Below, piece by piece: positions 9,557 through 19,075 of a stretch of 55,675 nucleotides of DNA (its first letter is position 1; the number at the start of each line of letters is the position of its first letter). The notes beneath the pieces were generated by a model, which was not told where the DNA came from, made no database searches, and saw only the letters and a program-made list of their open reading frames with translations. Source of the DNA: Sphingobacteriia bacterium (lineage in GTDB: Bacteria; Bacteroidota; Bacteroidia; NS11-12g; UBA9320); contig VMDK01000124.1 of assembly GCA_008080835.1 (NCBI GenBank), positions 1 through 55,675 on the forward strand. The letters are read 5' to 3'. A program made the translations under genes and the position numbers.

Positions 9557-10623
9557 TTGTATTTGCCCTTGTAGTTCGCTTTGATCCGGTTCACAATACT
9601 CTTCACCTCTTGTTCTCTGTCCTTGTGACAAACCAGAAGTGCATCATCTGTGTCCAATACAAAAACATCATTCACTCCTTCGATCACGATGAGTTTGTCT
9701 TTGCTGGATACAATGAGATTGTTCTCCGAATCCTGACTCACTATGTTATCACCAATGAAAACGTTGTTGTCTTTGTCTTTATTGGCAACTTCATGGAGGG
9801 ATTTCCACGTTCCGAGATCAGACCATCCGAAATCGCTCGGAAGTACATAAACATTCTCGGCTTTCTCTATGATACCGTAGTCGATCGAGATATTCGAACA
9901 GATCGGGTAGATCCTGTCCACGAATTCTCCTTCTGACATTTTGAAATAATGGTCTTCTCCTTCTCTGAACAGGGCGGCCATTTCACTCAAATGATCTTCA
10001 AATGCCTGGAGGATGATAGATGTTCTCCAGAGGAATATCCCTGCATTCCACAGGAAATCTCCACTCTTGAGGAATTCCTCGGCAAGTTCGAGATTTGGTT
10101 TCTCTGTAAATGTCTTGACGGGTTTGAACTCGTCAGGTGACTCATGATGTTGGATATATCCGTAACCGGTATCCGGTCTTGAAGGTGTGATACCCAAAGT
10201 CAGCATTACATCACCGACCTTAACGAAATCCAACCCTTTGCGGATCTGGTCCTCAAAGGCAGCTTCATTCAGGATAAGGTGATCCGAAGGTGCTACCACG
10301 CAAGCGGCATCAGGATCCTTTGAATGGATCTTGTAACAGGCATAAGCGATACATGGAGCAGTATTCTTGGCCATAGGTTCGCCAAGTATCTGGTGATCAC
10401 TGATCCCGGGGATCTGTTCTTTTATCTGATCCCTGTATCCTTCATTGGTGACTATATAAATGTGCTCCTTATCCACTATTCGCGCAAAGCGCTCAAAGGT
10501 CATTTGAAGCAAGGATTTTCCCAATCCAAGTATATCGAGGAACTGCTTCGGTTTTTGGACCCTGCTTACGGGCCAGAAACGCGAACCAACTCCACCGGCC
10601 ATGATGATCGCATATTCATTCAT
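9553..10623 (-). CDS. manC: Mannose-1-phosphate guanylyltransferase
   Basis: IMAGGVGSRFWP.SR...PKQF, EPMAKNTAPCI, PSDH, TGYGYI, FTEKP, WNAGIF, SIDYGI.EK, GWSDLGTW. Confidence 0.94.
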   Translation of the reverse strand: MNEYAIIMAGGVGSRFWPVSRVQKPKQFLDILGLGKSLLQMTFERFARIVDKEHIYIVTNEGYRDQIKEQIPGISDHQILGEPMAKNTAPCIAYACYKIHSKDPDAACVVAPSDHLILNEAAFEDQIRKGLDFVKVGDVMLTLGITPSRPDTGYGYIQHHESPDEFKPVKTFTEKPNLELAEEFLKSGDFLWNAGIFLWRTSIILQAFEDHLSEMAALFREGEDHYFKMSEGEFVDRIYPICSNISIDYGIIEKAENVYVLPSDFGWSDLGTWKSLHEVANKDKDNNVFIGDNIVSQDSENNLIVSSKDKLIVIEGVNDVFVLDTDDALLVCHKDREQEVKSIVNRIKANYKGKYN

Positions 10624-11588
10624 GATAGTATTCCCTCCTTATTCAAGTCGTGTATGTGAACCATCCCCGCATAGGAATTATTTTCCAATACTATGATCTG
10701 GCTGATCTTCTTTTCCGACATCACTTTGGCCGCTTCCACGGCTAAAGTTCCGGCATCCAATGTGATCGGCTGCGAATTCATGATGTCAGATGCTTTTAGC
10801 TCATTCATATTCTTACCTCCGGAAAGCATCCTGCGAATATCTCCGTCTGTGATCACTCCAACCAACTCGTTCCCTTTTTGTACAACCGTAGCACCTAATC
10901 GCTTGGCGCTTATCTCCAGGATTACGTCTGTGATCCGAGCGTCCTTTGAAACAGATGGCTTGTCGTTCAATGCCACTATATCTCCCAGGGTCAGGTACAA
11001 TTTCTTACCAAGGGATCCTCCGGGATGATAGCGTGCAAAATCGGAACTGCTGAATCCTCTTGCCTTGAGCAGGCAAACCGCCAGTGCGTCACCCATAACA
11101 AGCTGAACTGTTGTACTGGTGGTTGGCGCCAGATTGTTCGGGCAGGCCTCTTCGGCAACCGGAGTGTGCAGCACCATATCCGAGCGTTCCGCGAGAAATG
11201 AATTTAGATCAGCCACGATCCCGATCAAGGGATTGTCGCCTCGTTTCAGAAGTGGGACCAATGCTTTCACTTCGGGTGTATTGCCACTTTTTGAAATGCA
11301 GATCACCACATCATCCTTTTGCACGATACCCAGATCGCCATGCACGGCATCGGCCGCATGCATAAAAATTGCGGGGGTTCCGGTACTATTCAAAGTCGCA
11401 ACGATCTTAGTAGCGATCGCGGCACTTTTGCCTATACCGGTGATGACCACTCGTCCCTTTGCAGACAAGATGCAATTGATAACGTCGACTAACTGGTGGT
11501 CAAGGAATCGGGTTAGATCGGCTACAGCCGTGGATTCTGTTTCAATAGCTTCCCGTGCCCACTGCAGGATTTGTTCTTTTCGCTGCAC
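10620..11588 (-). CDS. kdsD: KpsF/GutQ family arabinose-5-phosphate isomerase (SIS plus CBS pair)
   Basis: TGIGKS, HGDLG, SKSGNTPE, EACPNNLAPTTST, HPGGSLG, TDGDIRR. The track's TTG at 11609 lies inside a TACTTTTG promoter (11607-11614), so GTG at 11588 is preferred. Confidence 0.9.
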   Translation of the reverse strand: MQRKEQILQWAREAIETESTAVADLTRFLDHQLVDVINCILSAKGRVVITGIGKSAAIATKIVATLNSTGTPAIFMHAADAVHGDLGIVQKDDVVICISKSGNTPEVKALVPLLKRGDNPLIGIVADLNSFLAERSDMVLHTPVAEEACPNNLAPTTSTTVQLVMGDALAVCLLKARGFSSSDFARYHPGGSLGKKLYLTLGDIVALNDKPSVSKDARITDVILEISAKRLGATVVQKGNELVGVITDGDIRRMLSGGKNMNELKASDIMNSQPITLDAGTLAVEAAKVMSEKKISQIIVLENNSYAGMVHIHDLNKEGILS

Positions 11589-11697
11589 AAGCTCAGATAT
11601 TTCGTGCAAAAGTAATTTTTTTTACCCCTCGAATTGGAAAGATGTGTTAATTTAGTGTTATACACATTATTGAAGGAGCTCGGAGCGTAAGAAGTTA

Positions 11698-13890
11698 ATG
11701 ACAACTAAAGCAATAGACCTTAGAGCGAGCCTCAAAAGCTTTTTTGGGTTCGACACTTTCAAAGGAAATCAAGAAGAAGTTATCGAAGCGATCATGCAAG
11801 GTCACGATTGCTTTGTGATCATGCCTACCGGAGCCGGAAAGTCGCTATGCTACCAATTACCGGCACTGATAAAGGATGGAACTGCCATCATTATTTCCCC
11901 TTTGATCGCCTTGATGAAGAATCAGGTCGACTCTATCCGTGGATTTGGAGAAAGCGATTCCGTCGCCCATTTTCTGAATTCTTCTTTGAGCAAAACTCAA
12001 ACTCGTCAGGTTAAAGAAGATGTAGCAGCCAGACACACCAAGATGCTCTATGTGGCTCCCGAGACTTTGAAGAAAGATGAGACGATCGATTTCCTGAAAC
12101 AAGTAAAGGTCTCCTTCGTAGCAGTAGACGAAGCGCACTGTATTTCAGAATGGGGACACGACTTCCGACCGGAATACAGAAGGATCAAACAGATCATCAA
12201 AGCGATCGATGATGTCCCTATGGTCGCACTCACGGCTACCGCAACACCAAAAGTGCAGGCTGATATCCAGAAAAACCTCAGCATGACGGAGGCCGAGGTT
12301 TTCAAATCGTCATTCAACAGATCTAACCTGTATTATTCGGTCAAGGCGAAAGGCAACAAGACCCAAACCTTGAAAGATATCATCGGGTTCATCAATAAGC
12401 GCAAAGGCAAATCAGGTATCATCTATTGTCTGAGCCGTAAAAAAGTAGAGGAGATCGCAGAGATCCTTCAGGCAAACGACATCTCAGCTTTGCCATACCA
12501 TGCCGGATTGGACGCCAAAACGCGTTCCTCGCATCAGGACCAATTCCTGATGGAAGAAGTGGACGTGATCGTGGCGACGATTGCATTCGGAATGGGCATC
12601 GATAAACCGGACGTGCGGTACGTGATCCATTACGATGTGCCGAAGTCTCTGGAAGGATACTATCAGGAAACCGGACGTGGTGGCCGTGACGGGCTCGATG
12701 GAGACTGTGTACTATTCTACAATCCACAGGACATTGAGAAACTGGAGAAGTTCCTCAAGGACAAACCGGTTGCGGAAAGGGAGATCGGAACGCAACTCAT
12801 CATGGAGATGTCCAGCTTTGCCGAGAGCAGTCAATGCCGACGCAAATTCCTGCTTCACTATTTTGGTGAGACCTTCGACGCAGACGATTGCAATAAGATG
12901 TGCGACAACTGTCGCCATCCGAAAGAGCTCAAAGAAGTCACTTCCGAATTCGTTTTGGCTCTTCAAGCGATCACAGAAACCAGTGGTAAGGTCAACATGA
13001 GTCACATTGTGAAGATCCTGCTGGGTAAAAAGAGTCAGGAAGTGCTCGCATACAAACACGACAATCTGGAGCTCTTTGGTAAAGGTGCTGATAAAGACAA
13101 GATCTTCTGGAAAAGCGTCATCCGAAAAGCACTGCTTCACGACCTGGTCGAGAAGAACATTGAAGAATATGGCCTGATCTCGCTCACAGAGAAAGGCGCC
13201 AAATTCATTGAGAAACCACGAAAAGTAGAATTACCTGTTGACACAGAATTTGAAAAAGTGAGCGACGAAGAATTTGAGAATCCGGAATTGGAAGACATGT
13301 ATGACGAAGAGTTGTACAACAAACTCAAGGAGTTGCAGCGCCAGGTAGCGCGTGAAAAAGGTCTTCCGCCATACGTCATCTTTCAGGAAACATCGCTGGA
13401 AGATATGGCGACCAAGTACCCTGTTACCATTGAAGAATTAAGTAATATCAGTGGTGTCGGTAAGAACAAAGCAAAGAAATTCGGAAAGCCATTCGTTGAG
13501 CTGATCGAAGACTATGTCGAAGAGAACGATATCGATCGGCCGTCAGATTTTGTGGTCAAAACGGTCGCAAACAAGAGTGGCAGGAAGATCGCGATCATCA
13601 AGAATATTGATGCGAAGATGGCTTTGGAAGACATAGCCAATAGCATCGGATGCAGTGTTACGGAACTGCTGGATGAGATCGAGACCATCGTTTACAGCGG
13701 TATGAAGTTGAACCTAGGTTATTATATTGATGAGATCATCGATGACGAGGTTAAAGAAGAGATCTTTGACTACTACAAATCAACCGATGATAACGATCTG
13801 GATCTTGCTGTAGACGAGTTCGATGAAGAATTCACCCCGGAAGAAATGCAGCTGTTCAGGATCCAGTTCGTAAGCGAGGTGGCCAACTGA
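11698..13890 (+). CDS. recQ: ATP-dependent DNA helicase RecQ
   Basis: MPTGAGKSLCYQLPA, DEAHCISEWGHDFRPEY, ATIAFGMGIDKPDVR, YYQETGRGGRDG, Zn-binding C...CDNC, RQC and HRDC domains. Confidence 0.97.
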   Translation: MTTKAIDLRASLKSFFGFDTFKGNQEEVIEAIMQGHDCFVIMPTGAGKSLCYQLPALIKDGTAIIISPLIALMKNQVDSIRGFGESDSVAHFLNSSLSKTQTRQVKEDVAARHTKMLYVAPETLKKDETIDFLKQVKVSFVAVDEAHCISEWGHDFRPEYRRIKQIIKAIDDVPMVALTATATPKVQADIQKNLSMTEAEVFKSSFNRSNLYYSVKAKGNKTQTLKDIIGFINKRKGKSGIIYCLSRKKVEEIAEILQANDISALPYHAGLDAKTRSSHQDQFLMEEVDVIVATIAFGMGIDKPDVRYVIHYDVPKSLEGYYQETGRGGRDGLDGDCVLFYNPQDIEKLEKFLKDKPVAEREIGTQLIMEMSSFAESSQCRRKFLLHYFGETFDADDCNKMCDNCRHPKELKEVTSEFVLALQAITETSGKVNMSHIVKILLGKKSQEVLAYKHDNLELFGKGADKDKIFWKSVIRKALLHDLVEKNIEEYGLISLTEKGAKFIEKPRKVELPVDTEFEKVSDEEFENPELEDMYDEELYNKLKELQRQVAREKGLPPYVIFQETSLEDMATKYPVTIEELSNISGVGKNKAKKFGKPFVELIEDYVEENDIDRPSDFVVKTVANKSGRKIAIIKNIDAKMALEDIANSIGCSVTELLDEIETIVYSGMKLNLGYYIDEIIDDEVKEEIFDYYKSTDDNDLDLAVDEFDEEFTPEEMQLFRIQFVSEVAN

Positions 13891-14584
13891 TCAAAGTTCG
13901 AGTGCCCCACCAATAGTTATGTTAAATCCTATTATCCCATTGGGATTCTCATATCTTGGATAATCCCCATACGGGTCAAGATTGTTGTTCATCATTGCGG
14001 CGATCTCGGTCATGTTATTCTCGAACAGTCCGAAGACATAGTAAGAAGCGAAGGTCAGTGTCGGGCCGTCACTCGGGATCATTACCACCTTAACCATAGG
14101 CCCCATATTGAGCATCAGGTCATCAAAGATCTCTGACCAGTCCCCTTTTTCGGCACCATCATTATATACGCGGGTCTTGAATTTTTGACCGCCAAATTCA
14201 GAGCGTAAGCCAAAACCGATCCCACCATCACGGTCACCGGTGATAAAGCCCACATTCCAGGAGAAGGCATTTTGCATGAGCTTGAATTCTCGGTGTCCCT
14301 TCATCCCGCTGGGTGGAGTTCCCGTTGCTTTCTTGGTCTGAGATCGAAAGGCCATTTCCAGATCCATCTAGTCCCATCCCGATGTTGAGTACAGGACCAC
14401 CGATCAAACCGAATTGCCCCATTTCCTTATCGAGCCAGGGACGTATCTCGTTGTAGTCATATACAACGGTATTCATACCCTTGACACCTATGAACCCGGC
14501 ACCATAGCCGATTCCGTAGTAGATCTGCCCGGAAACTGTGAACGAAATGAAAGCTAGTATTGCGACAAAAATGGATCGTAACAT
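13891..14584 (-). pseudogene. Frameshifted gene for a probable outer-membrane beta-barrel protein (about 230 aa if joined)
   Basis: The 5' ORF (ATG 14584) has a signal peptide and alternating beta-strand pattern; coding character continues in another frame from about 14367 (MDLEMAFRS...GIIGFNITIGGALEL). Could be an assembly error. Confidence 0.6.
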
Positions 14585-14711
14585 ATCCCGAATATAATGT
14601 TCAACGCTCAAATATGGTCATTCACGGAGGCCCCGACATCAGCTCATTTAGAGACAAATTGCCCGCCCTCATCATTTTTTATAATTTCTTATTTGCAGAT
14701 GAGAAAATTTC

Positions 14712-14719
14712 TATCTTTG
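14712..14719 (+). promoter_or_regulatory. Sigma-A -7 element (TATCTTTG) for tRNA-Gln-prs-rplY
   Basis: Exact TAnnTTTG match 10 nt before the tRNA. Confidence 0.75.
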
Positions 14720-14728
14720 CAGCCCCAT

Positions 14729-14800
14729 TGCCCGATCGTCTAACTGGCAGGACAGCAGATTTTGGTTCTGTAAGTCTAGGTTCGAGTCCTAGTCGGGCAA
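14729..14800 (+). tRNA. tRNA-Gln (anticodon TTG)
   Basis: Acceptor stem TGCCCGA/TCGGGCA; anticodon arm GCAGA-TT-TTG-GT-TCTGT; T arm CTAGG-TTCGAGT-CCTAG; CCA not encoded. Confidence 0.96.
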
Positions 14801-14885
14801 CAAAAGAACAACACGACTGATCCAAGCATCGGACGTTTATGATAACCTCGGGCGCTCGGCGCAGCGTGGTGAAAGTAAAACGGTT

Positions 14886-15884
14886 ATGCCATCACTCATT
14901 AACAAAGTAAAGATCTTTAGCGGCCAAGCGTCGCAGTCTCTGGCATCTAAGATCGCTGATGCCTACGGTCAACCCCTCGGAGACGTATCTGTTCCAAGCT
15001 ACAGTGACGGAGAATTTCAGCCAAGTATCGATGAAACGGTACGCGGTTGTGATGTATTCTTCATCCAGAGCACAACACCGCCTGCGGAAAATCTCATGGA
15101 GCTGTTGCTCATGATCGACGCAGCGAAACGTGCTTCTGCTCATATGGTGACTGCGGTTATCCCTTATTTTGGATTGGCTCGACAAGACAGAAAGGACCAA
15201 CCTCGTGTCCCGATCGGGTCGAAGATGGTAGCGAACATCCTGTCGGCTGCGGGAGCAGATCGCGTGATGACCATGGACCTGCACGCACCGCAGATCCAGG
15301 GATTTTTTGATATTCCGGTAGATCACCTCGATTCGATCGTGATCTTCATTCCGTATATCAAAAGCCTCGGACTTGACAACGTAGTTCTCGCTGCTCCGGA
15401 CATTGGAGCATCGAAAAGGGTACGTGAGTTTGCAAAGGTTTTGAATTGCGACATGGTGATCTGTGACAAGGAGAGAAAGCGCGCCAACGAGGTTGCTTCT
15501 ATGACAGTGATCGGTGACGTGAAAGGTAAAGACATAGTACTCGTCGACGATATCTGTGATACGGCAAATACACTGGCTAAAGCCTCTAACCTCTTGATGG
15601 AGAAGGGTGCTACATCAGTTCGCGCGGTGTGTACTCACCCTGTACTTTCAGGTAAGGCCTACGAAACCGTTGAGAACAGCTCACTGGTTGAACTGGTCGT
15701 GTGCGACACTATTCCGTTGAAACAACAAACACCTAAGATCAAGGTACTCTCAGTAGCGCGATTGTTTGCAAACGCGATCAGATCCGTTTGTGAGTATCAC
15801 TCGATCAGCTCGTTGTTCAACATAGACAATGCTTATCAATCGACTCTCGGGCTTTCCCAGGGAGAAGACTCTGAAAAGGAATAA
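14886..15884 (+). CDS. prs: Ribose-phosphate pyrophosphokinase
   Basis: SDGE, NLMELL.MIDA.KRASA, PYFGLARQDRK, MDLHAPQIQGFFDIPVD, VDDICDT, THPVLSG. Confidence 0.97.
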   Translation: MPSLINKVKIFSGQASQSLASKIADAYGQPLGDVSVPSYSDGEFQPSIDETVRGCDVFFIQSTTPPAENLMELLLMIDAAKRASAHMVTAVIPYFGLARQDRKDQPRVPIGSKMVANILSAAGADRVMTMDLHAPQIQGFFDIPVDHLDSIVIFIPYIKSLGLDNVVLAAPDIGASKRVREFAKVLNCDMVICDKERKRANEVASMTVIGDVKGKDIVLVDDICDTANTLAKASNLLMEKGATSVRAVCTHPVLSGKAYETVENSSLVELVVCDTIPLKQQTPKIKVLSVARLFANAIRSVCEYHSISSLFNIDNAYQSTLGLSQGEDSEKE

Positions 15885-15906
15885 ACAGAATTAGAATCAT
15901 AGGAAA

Positions 15907-16542
15907 ATGAAAACAATTGCACTTAAAGGTGAATTGAGAACTGACCTCGGAAAACGCGCAGCAAAAGAACTGCGTGCAGAAGGTAAGGTTCCTTGCATTA
16001 TGTACGGGCAAGGTGAAAGCATCAACTTCACTGTTTACGAATCGGATTTCCAAAACTTGGTATACACTCCGAACAGCTATCTGGTAAGACTGGATGTCGA
16101 AGGCCGTTTGTTCATGTGTAAAGTTCAGGAGCTCCAATTCCACCCTGTATCTGAAGCGATCTTGCACGCCGATTTCTACAACCTGGACGTCGACGACAAA
16201 GTAAAAGTTCAGATCCCTGTTCGCGTAAAAGGAAACTCTCCTGGTGTACGTGAAGGTGGTAAGTTGAACGTGAAAATGCGTAAACTCAATGTGTTGGGAT
16301 ACATCAAAGATCTTCCTGACTTCATTGAAGTGAATGTCGATTCGCTTGAACTCGGAAAGAACATCCGCGTACGCGAGATCGAAATGGGAGAACTCACTCC
16401 ACTCGATACCCTGGAAAACTCAGTAGTTTCAGTCAACGTGACCAGAGCAAGTAAAAGTGCTGCCGGTGCCCTTGCTGACGAAGAAGCTGAAGGAACAGAA
16501 GAAGGAGCTGAAGAAGCAACAGAAGAAGCATCTGAAGAATAA
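15907..16542 (+). CDS. rplY: 50S ribosomal protein L25/Ctc
   Basis: R...GK.AAKELR.EGKVPCIMYG, LQFHPVSE.ILHADF, G.SPGVREGG; acidic tail; follows prs. Confidence 0.96.
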   Translation: MKTIALKGELRTDLGKRAAKELRAEGKVPCIMYGQGESINFTVYESDFQNLVYTPNSYLVRLDVEGRLFMCKVQELQFHPVSEAILHADFYNLDVDDKVKVQIPVRVKGNSPGVREGGKLNVKMRKLNVLGYIKDLPDFIEVNVDSLELGKNIRVREIEMGELTPLDTLENSVVSVNVTRASKSAAGALADEEAEGTEEGAEEATEEASEE

Positions 16543-16586
16543 TCCTCACTTTCCACACAAGTGGGAAGTTGACAGACCATATACAG

Positions 16587-16617
16587 AAAGAGCCGGTTTA
16601 CCGGCTCTTTTCTTTTT
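16587..16617 (+). terminator. Intrinsic terminator after rplY, possibly bidirectional
   Basis: AAAGAGCCGG-TTTA-CCGGCTCTTT followed by TCTTTTT; the convergent gene's stop codon sits in the loop. Confidence 0.85.
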
Positions 16618-17626
16618 GGAAAAATCTTTGAAAGCAAGCCGCGGTCTTCGTATAGGCTTCTTCGGGCTTCGTGAATTCGAAGTCGAGTTCAGTCCTGATC
16701 CTGGCTGTGTCAAACCGATTGTTTGAAGTTGCACTTGTAGCGATCTCGGGTGTTAGCGGCAATGAAAGCCCCAATCTATTCAACCCTCCGAAGAGTTTCC
16801 CAACAAATTTTATGAGTCCATCGGGCGCCACTTTGACCGATGGTCTTTTCCCGAAGGCCAGCTGAATCTGCCTGCGTTGTTTTGCAAATGAGTCATGTCC
16901 ACCAACGCATAGATAACGGTCGGAGAACTTTTTCTGCTCCATCAATTTAACGGCTGCATGGCTGACGTCACCTGCATACACAACACCATTGCTACCGCTG
17001 CTCACAAAAGGGATCCCGCGTAGAGACTGACCTATGATCTGACCGGAGCCGCGTTTCATATCGGTAAAACCTATGATCACGCTTGGATTGAGCATAGCAG
17101 CCCGGAGCCCTTCTTGTCTGCCTCGCTCTACTTCCATCTCAGCAAGGTGTTTCGTGAACCCGTAAAAGGAGGAGTGGTCGGTGTCCAACTGAAAATCCAT
17201 TTCTTCGTGCGTTGGTGTATTCCCTTGCCGTCCTACCGCAGCAGTAGAACTGATATGGCAAAGTGCAATATCCCGATCCGTGGTCAGAATGGCATCCACC
17301 ACGTTCCGTGTGCCATGAGCATTCACTTGAATCAGCGATTCCCGGTCGGACCGCTGAAATGAAACCATAGCCGCACAATGGTACACTTCATCGGCATCTG
17401 CTAGGTGAGGAACCAGACTGAAAATGTCATCGATATCCCAATCAGTCCACTCCAGTCGATCGAGCATTGATGCCGAATCCTGACCAAAGGCATCCTGCAA
17501 TAGGAATTCCGTCCATTTGGTTTCAGAATTCTTCCGCTTCAAGGCGCGAACCTGATGCCCTCTTTTGAGGAGTTCCAAGAGGAGATAGGAACCTACTAAA
17601 CCGTTTGCACCTGTTACGATCTTCAT
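16598..17626 (-). CDS. NAD-dependent epimerase/dehydratase family protein (extended SDR)
   Basis: VTGANGLVG, VYHCAAMVSF, HISSTAAVG, YGFTK (YxxxK), LNPSVIIG. Confidence 0.9.
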   Translation of the reverse strand: MKIVTGANGLVGSYLLLELLKRGHQVRALKRKNSETKWTEFLLQDAFGQDSASMLDRLEWTDWDIDDIFSLVPHLADADEVYHCAAMVSFQRSDRESLIQVNAHGTRNVVDAILTTDRDIALCHISSTAAVGRQGNTPTHEEMDFQLDTDHSSFYGFTKHLAEMEVERGRQEGLRAAMLNPSVIIGFTDMKRGSGQIIGQSLRGIPFVSSGSNGVVYAGDVSHAAVKLMEQKKFSDRYLCVGGHDSFAKQRRQIQLAFGKRPSVKVAPDGLIKFVGKLFGGLNRLGLSLPLTPEIATSATSNNRFDTARIRTELDFEFTKPEEAYTKTAACFQRFFQKEKSR

Positions 17627-17671
17627 TTCGTTTACAAGGTTAAAGAAAGATTATTTTTGCCTTCTAAGCCC

Positions 17672-18787
17672 GTGGAAAATACTGCACTGTTTGAATCGTA
17701 TTTGATGCCCTGTGAGATGGAGCAGACCTCCGCGCCGACAGCTCTCGGTAATTCTATCTCCTATCATAAGGATTCCATACCCGATTGGACCGATGCACAC
17801 ATCTGCATTCTCGCTGCGGAACACAGCGGCAATTATTCCGGCCCAGAACTGGTCAGACAACAACTTGCCAAACTGACCAAGCATAACGACCATCTTAAAG
17901 TCGTGGACCTCGGCAACGTCCGACCGGGAAACACAGTGGCAGATACGCAAATGGCGATCTATGATATCAGCCATACCTTGCTGTCAGAAAGTATACTCCC
18001 GATCCTTATTTCCAGCGATCCGGATCTTACCTTTAACCAGTACCGTGCCTTCGAACAGATCAGCAGAAATGTAGAATTGTGTACGGTCACACAAGAGTTC
18101 GAACTTCGCAACGAGTCGTACTTCACGAAGATCTGTACGTACGAGCCGAATTTTCTGTTCAACTACAATATCCTTGGATTCCAAAGTCATCTAGTGGACG
18201 ATGAGTCGATCAGTGCATTCAAGAAGATGTTCTTTCATCCGGTGCGATTAGGACTACTGAGGAACCGTTTGAATGAGATCGAACCTGTTCTCCGAAATAC
18301 GGACATCTGTAGCATCGATCTGAACGCTATTAAGACCTCAGATCATCCAGCAAACAAGACTGCAAATCCCAATGGGCTGACCAGCGAAGAGATCTGTCAG
18401 ATCGCTTGGTACGCCGGCATCAGCGAAAAGATGCGCTCTCTAGGCGTTTTCTCCTACAATCCGGAATTTGATATCCGTGATCAAAGCGCTCAGCTTACCG
18501 CTCAGATACTTTGGTATTTCATCGACGGGTATTACAATCGTAAAGGGGATCATCCGACCTTGCACAAGGAATTCCTGAAATACCGCTGTGCCCTGGAAGA
18601 CAATACTCCGGACATCATTTTCTTCAAGAGTAAGCGAACAGATCGTTGGTGGATGCAGATCCCTAACCCCCGGAGTTTGGGAAATACCGACAATAATATC
18701 CTAATACCTTGCACCTATTCCGATTACCAAACGGCAACCAAAGGTGATATGCCTGATCGCTTCTGGCAGGCGCTGCAGAAACTATAA
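17672..18787 (+). CDS. Arginase/formimidoylglutamase-fold protein with degenerate metal ligands
   Basis: DLGNV.PG, PNGL..EEICQIAWYAG.S.K, YNPEFD....AQL.AQILWYF. The track's TTG lies inside a TATTTTTG promoter (17652-17659), so GTG at 17672 is preferred. Confidence 0.8.
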   Translation: MENTALFESYLMPCEMEQTSAPTALGNSISYHKDSIPDWTDAHICILAAEHSGNYSGPELVRQQLAKLTKHNDHLKVVDLGNVRPGNTVADTQMAIYDISHTLLSESILPILISSDPDLTFNQYRAFEQISRNVELCTVTQEFELRNESYFTKICTYEPNFLFNYNILGFQSHLVDDESISAFKKMFFHPVRLGLLRNRLNEIEPVLRNTDICSIDLNAIKTSDHPANKTANPNGLTSEEICQIAWYAGISEKMRSLGVFSYNPEFDIRDQSAQLTAQILWYFIDGYYNRKGDHPTLHKEFLKYRCALEDNTPDIIFFKSKRTDRWWMQIPNPRSLGNTDNNILIPCTYSDYQTATKGDMPDRFWQALQKL

Positions 18788-18810
18788 AATTGGGTGTCGG
18801 GTGTCGGGTT
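18788..18810 (+). repeat. Heptamer tandem repeat (GGGTGTC)n, copy 1
   Basis: AATT-GGGTGTC-GGGTGTC-GGGTT immediately after a stop codon; related element at 41251. Confidence 0.7.
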
Positions 18811-18847
18811 TCAGACTAAAGGTTGATTTTCGGCGTTCTAAGTTCAG

Positions 18848-18970
18848 ATGAGCAAAAGAACATTCTCCATAATAGTCGTGCTCCTTGGCATATTCTTGCT
18901 GAGCTCATGTGCTTCCACTAAATCTTGCAGTAGAAAAGGTAAGACCAAGGTGGAAATGGGTTGGATGTAG
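18848..18970 (+). CDS. Small (40 aa) predicted lipoprotein
   Basis: Not in the ORF track: MSKRTFSIIVVLLGIFLLSS-C-ASTKSCSRKGKTKVEMGWM*, with basic n-region, hydrophobic h-region and lipobox LSSC. Confidence 0.75.
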   Translation: MSKRTFSIIVVLLGIFLLSSCASTKSCSRKGKTKVEMGWM

Positions 18971-19075
18971 TCCGCATCTAAATTTACACTTAACTGCCTT
19001 AATAGTCCGCATTCATTCGGTGTTCTCTCACCCCGTAATCGCTATATTTGCGCCTTCATTCAAAACGCGCATTTC

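Noticed and set aside
14729-14800. tRNA-Gln as an integration site
   Set aside because: No integrase nearby and I saw no duplicate of the tRNA 3' end; the downstream prs-rplY order is ordinary.
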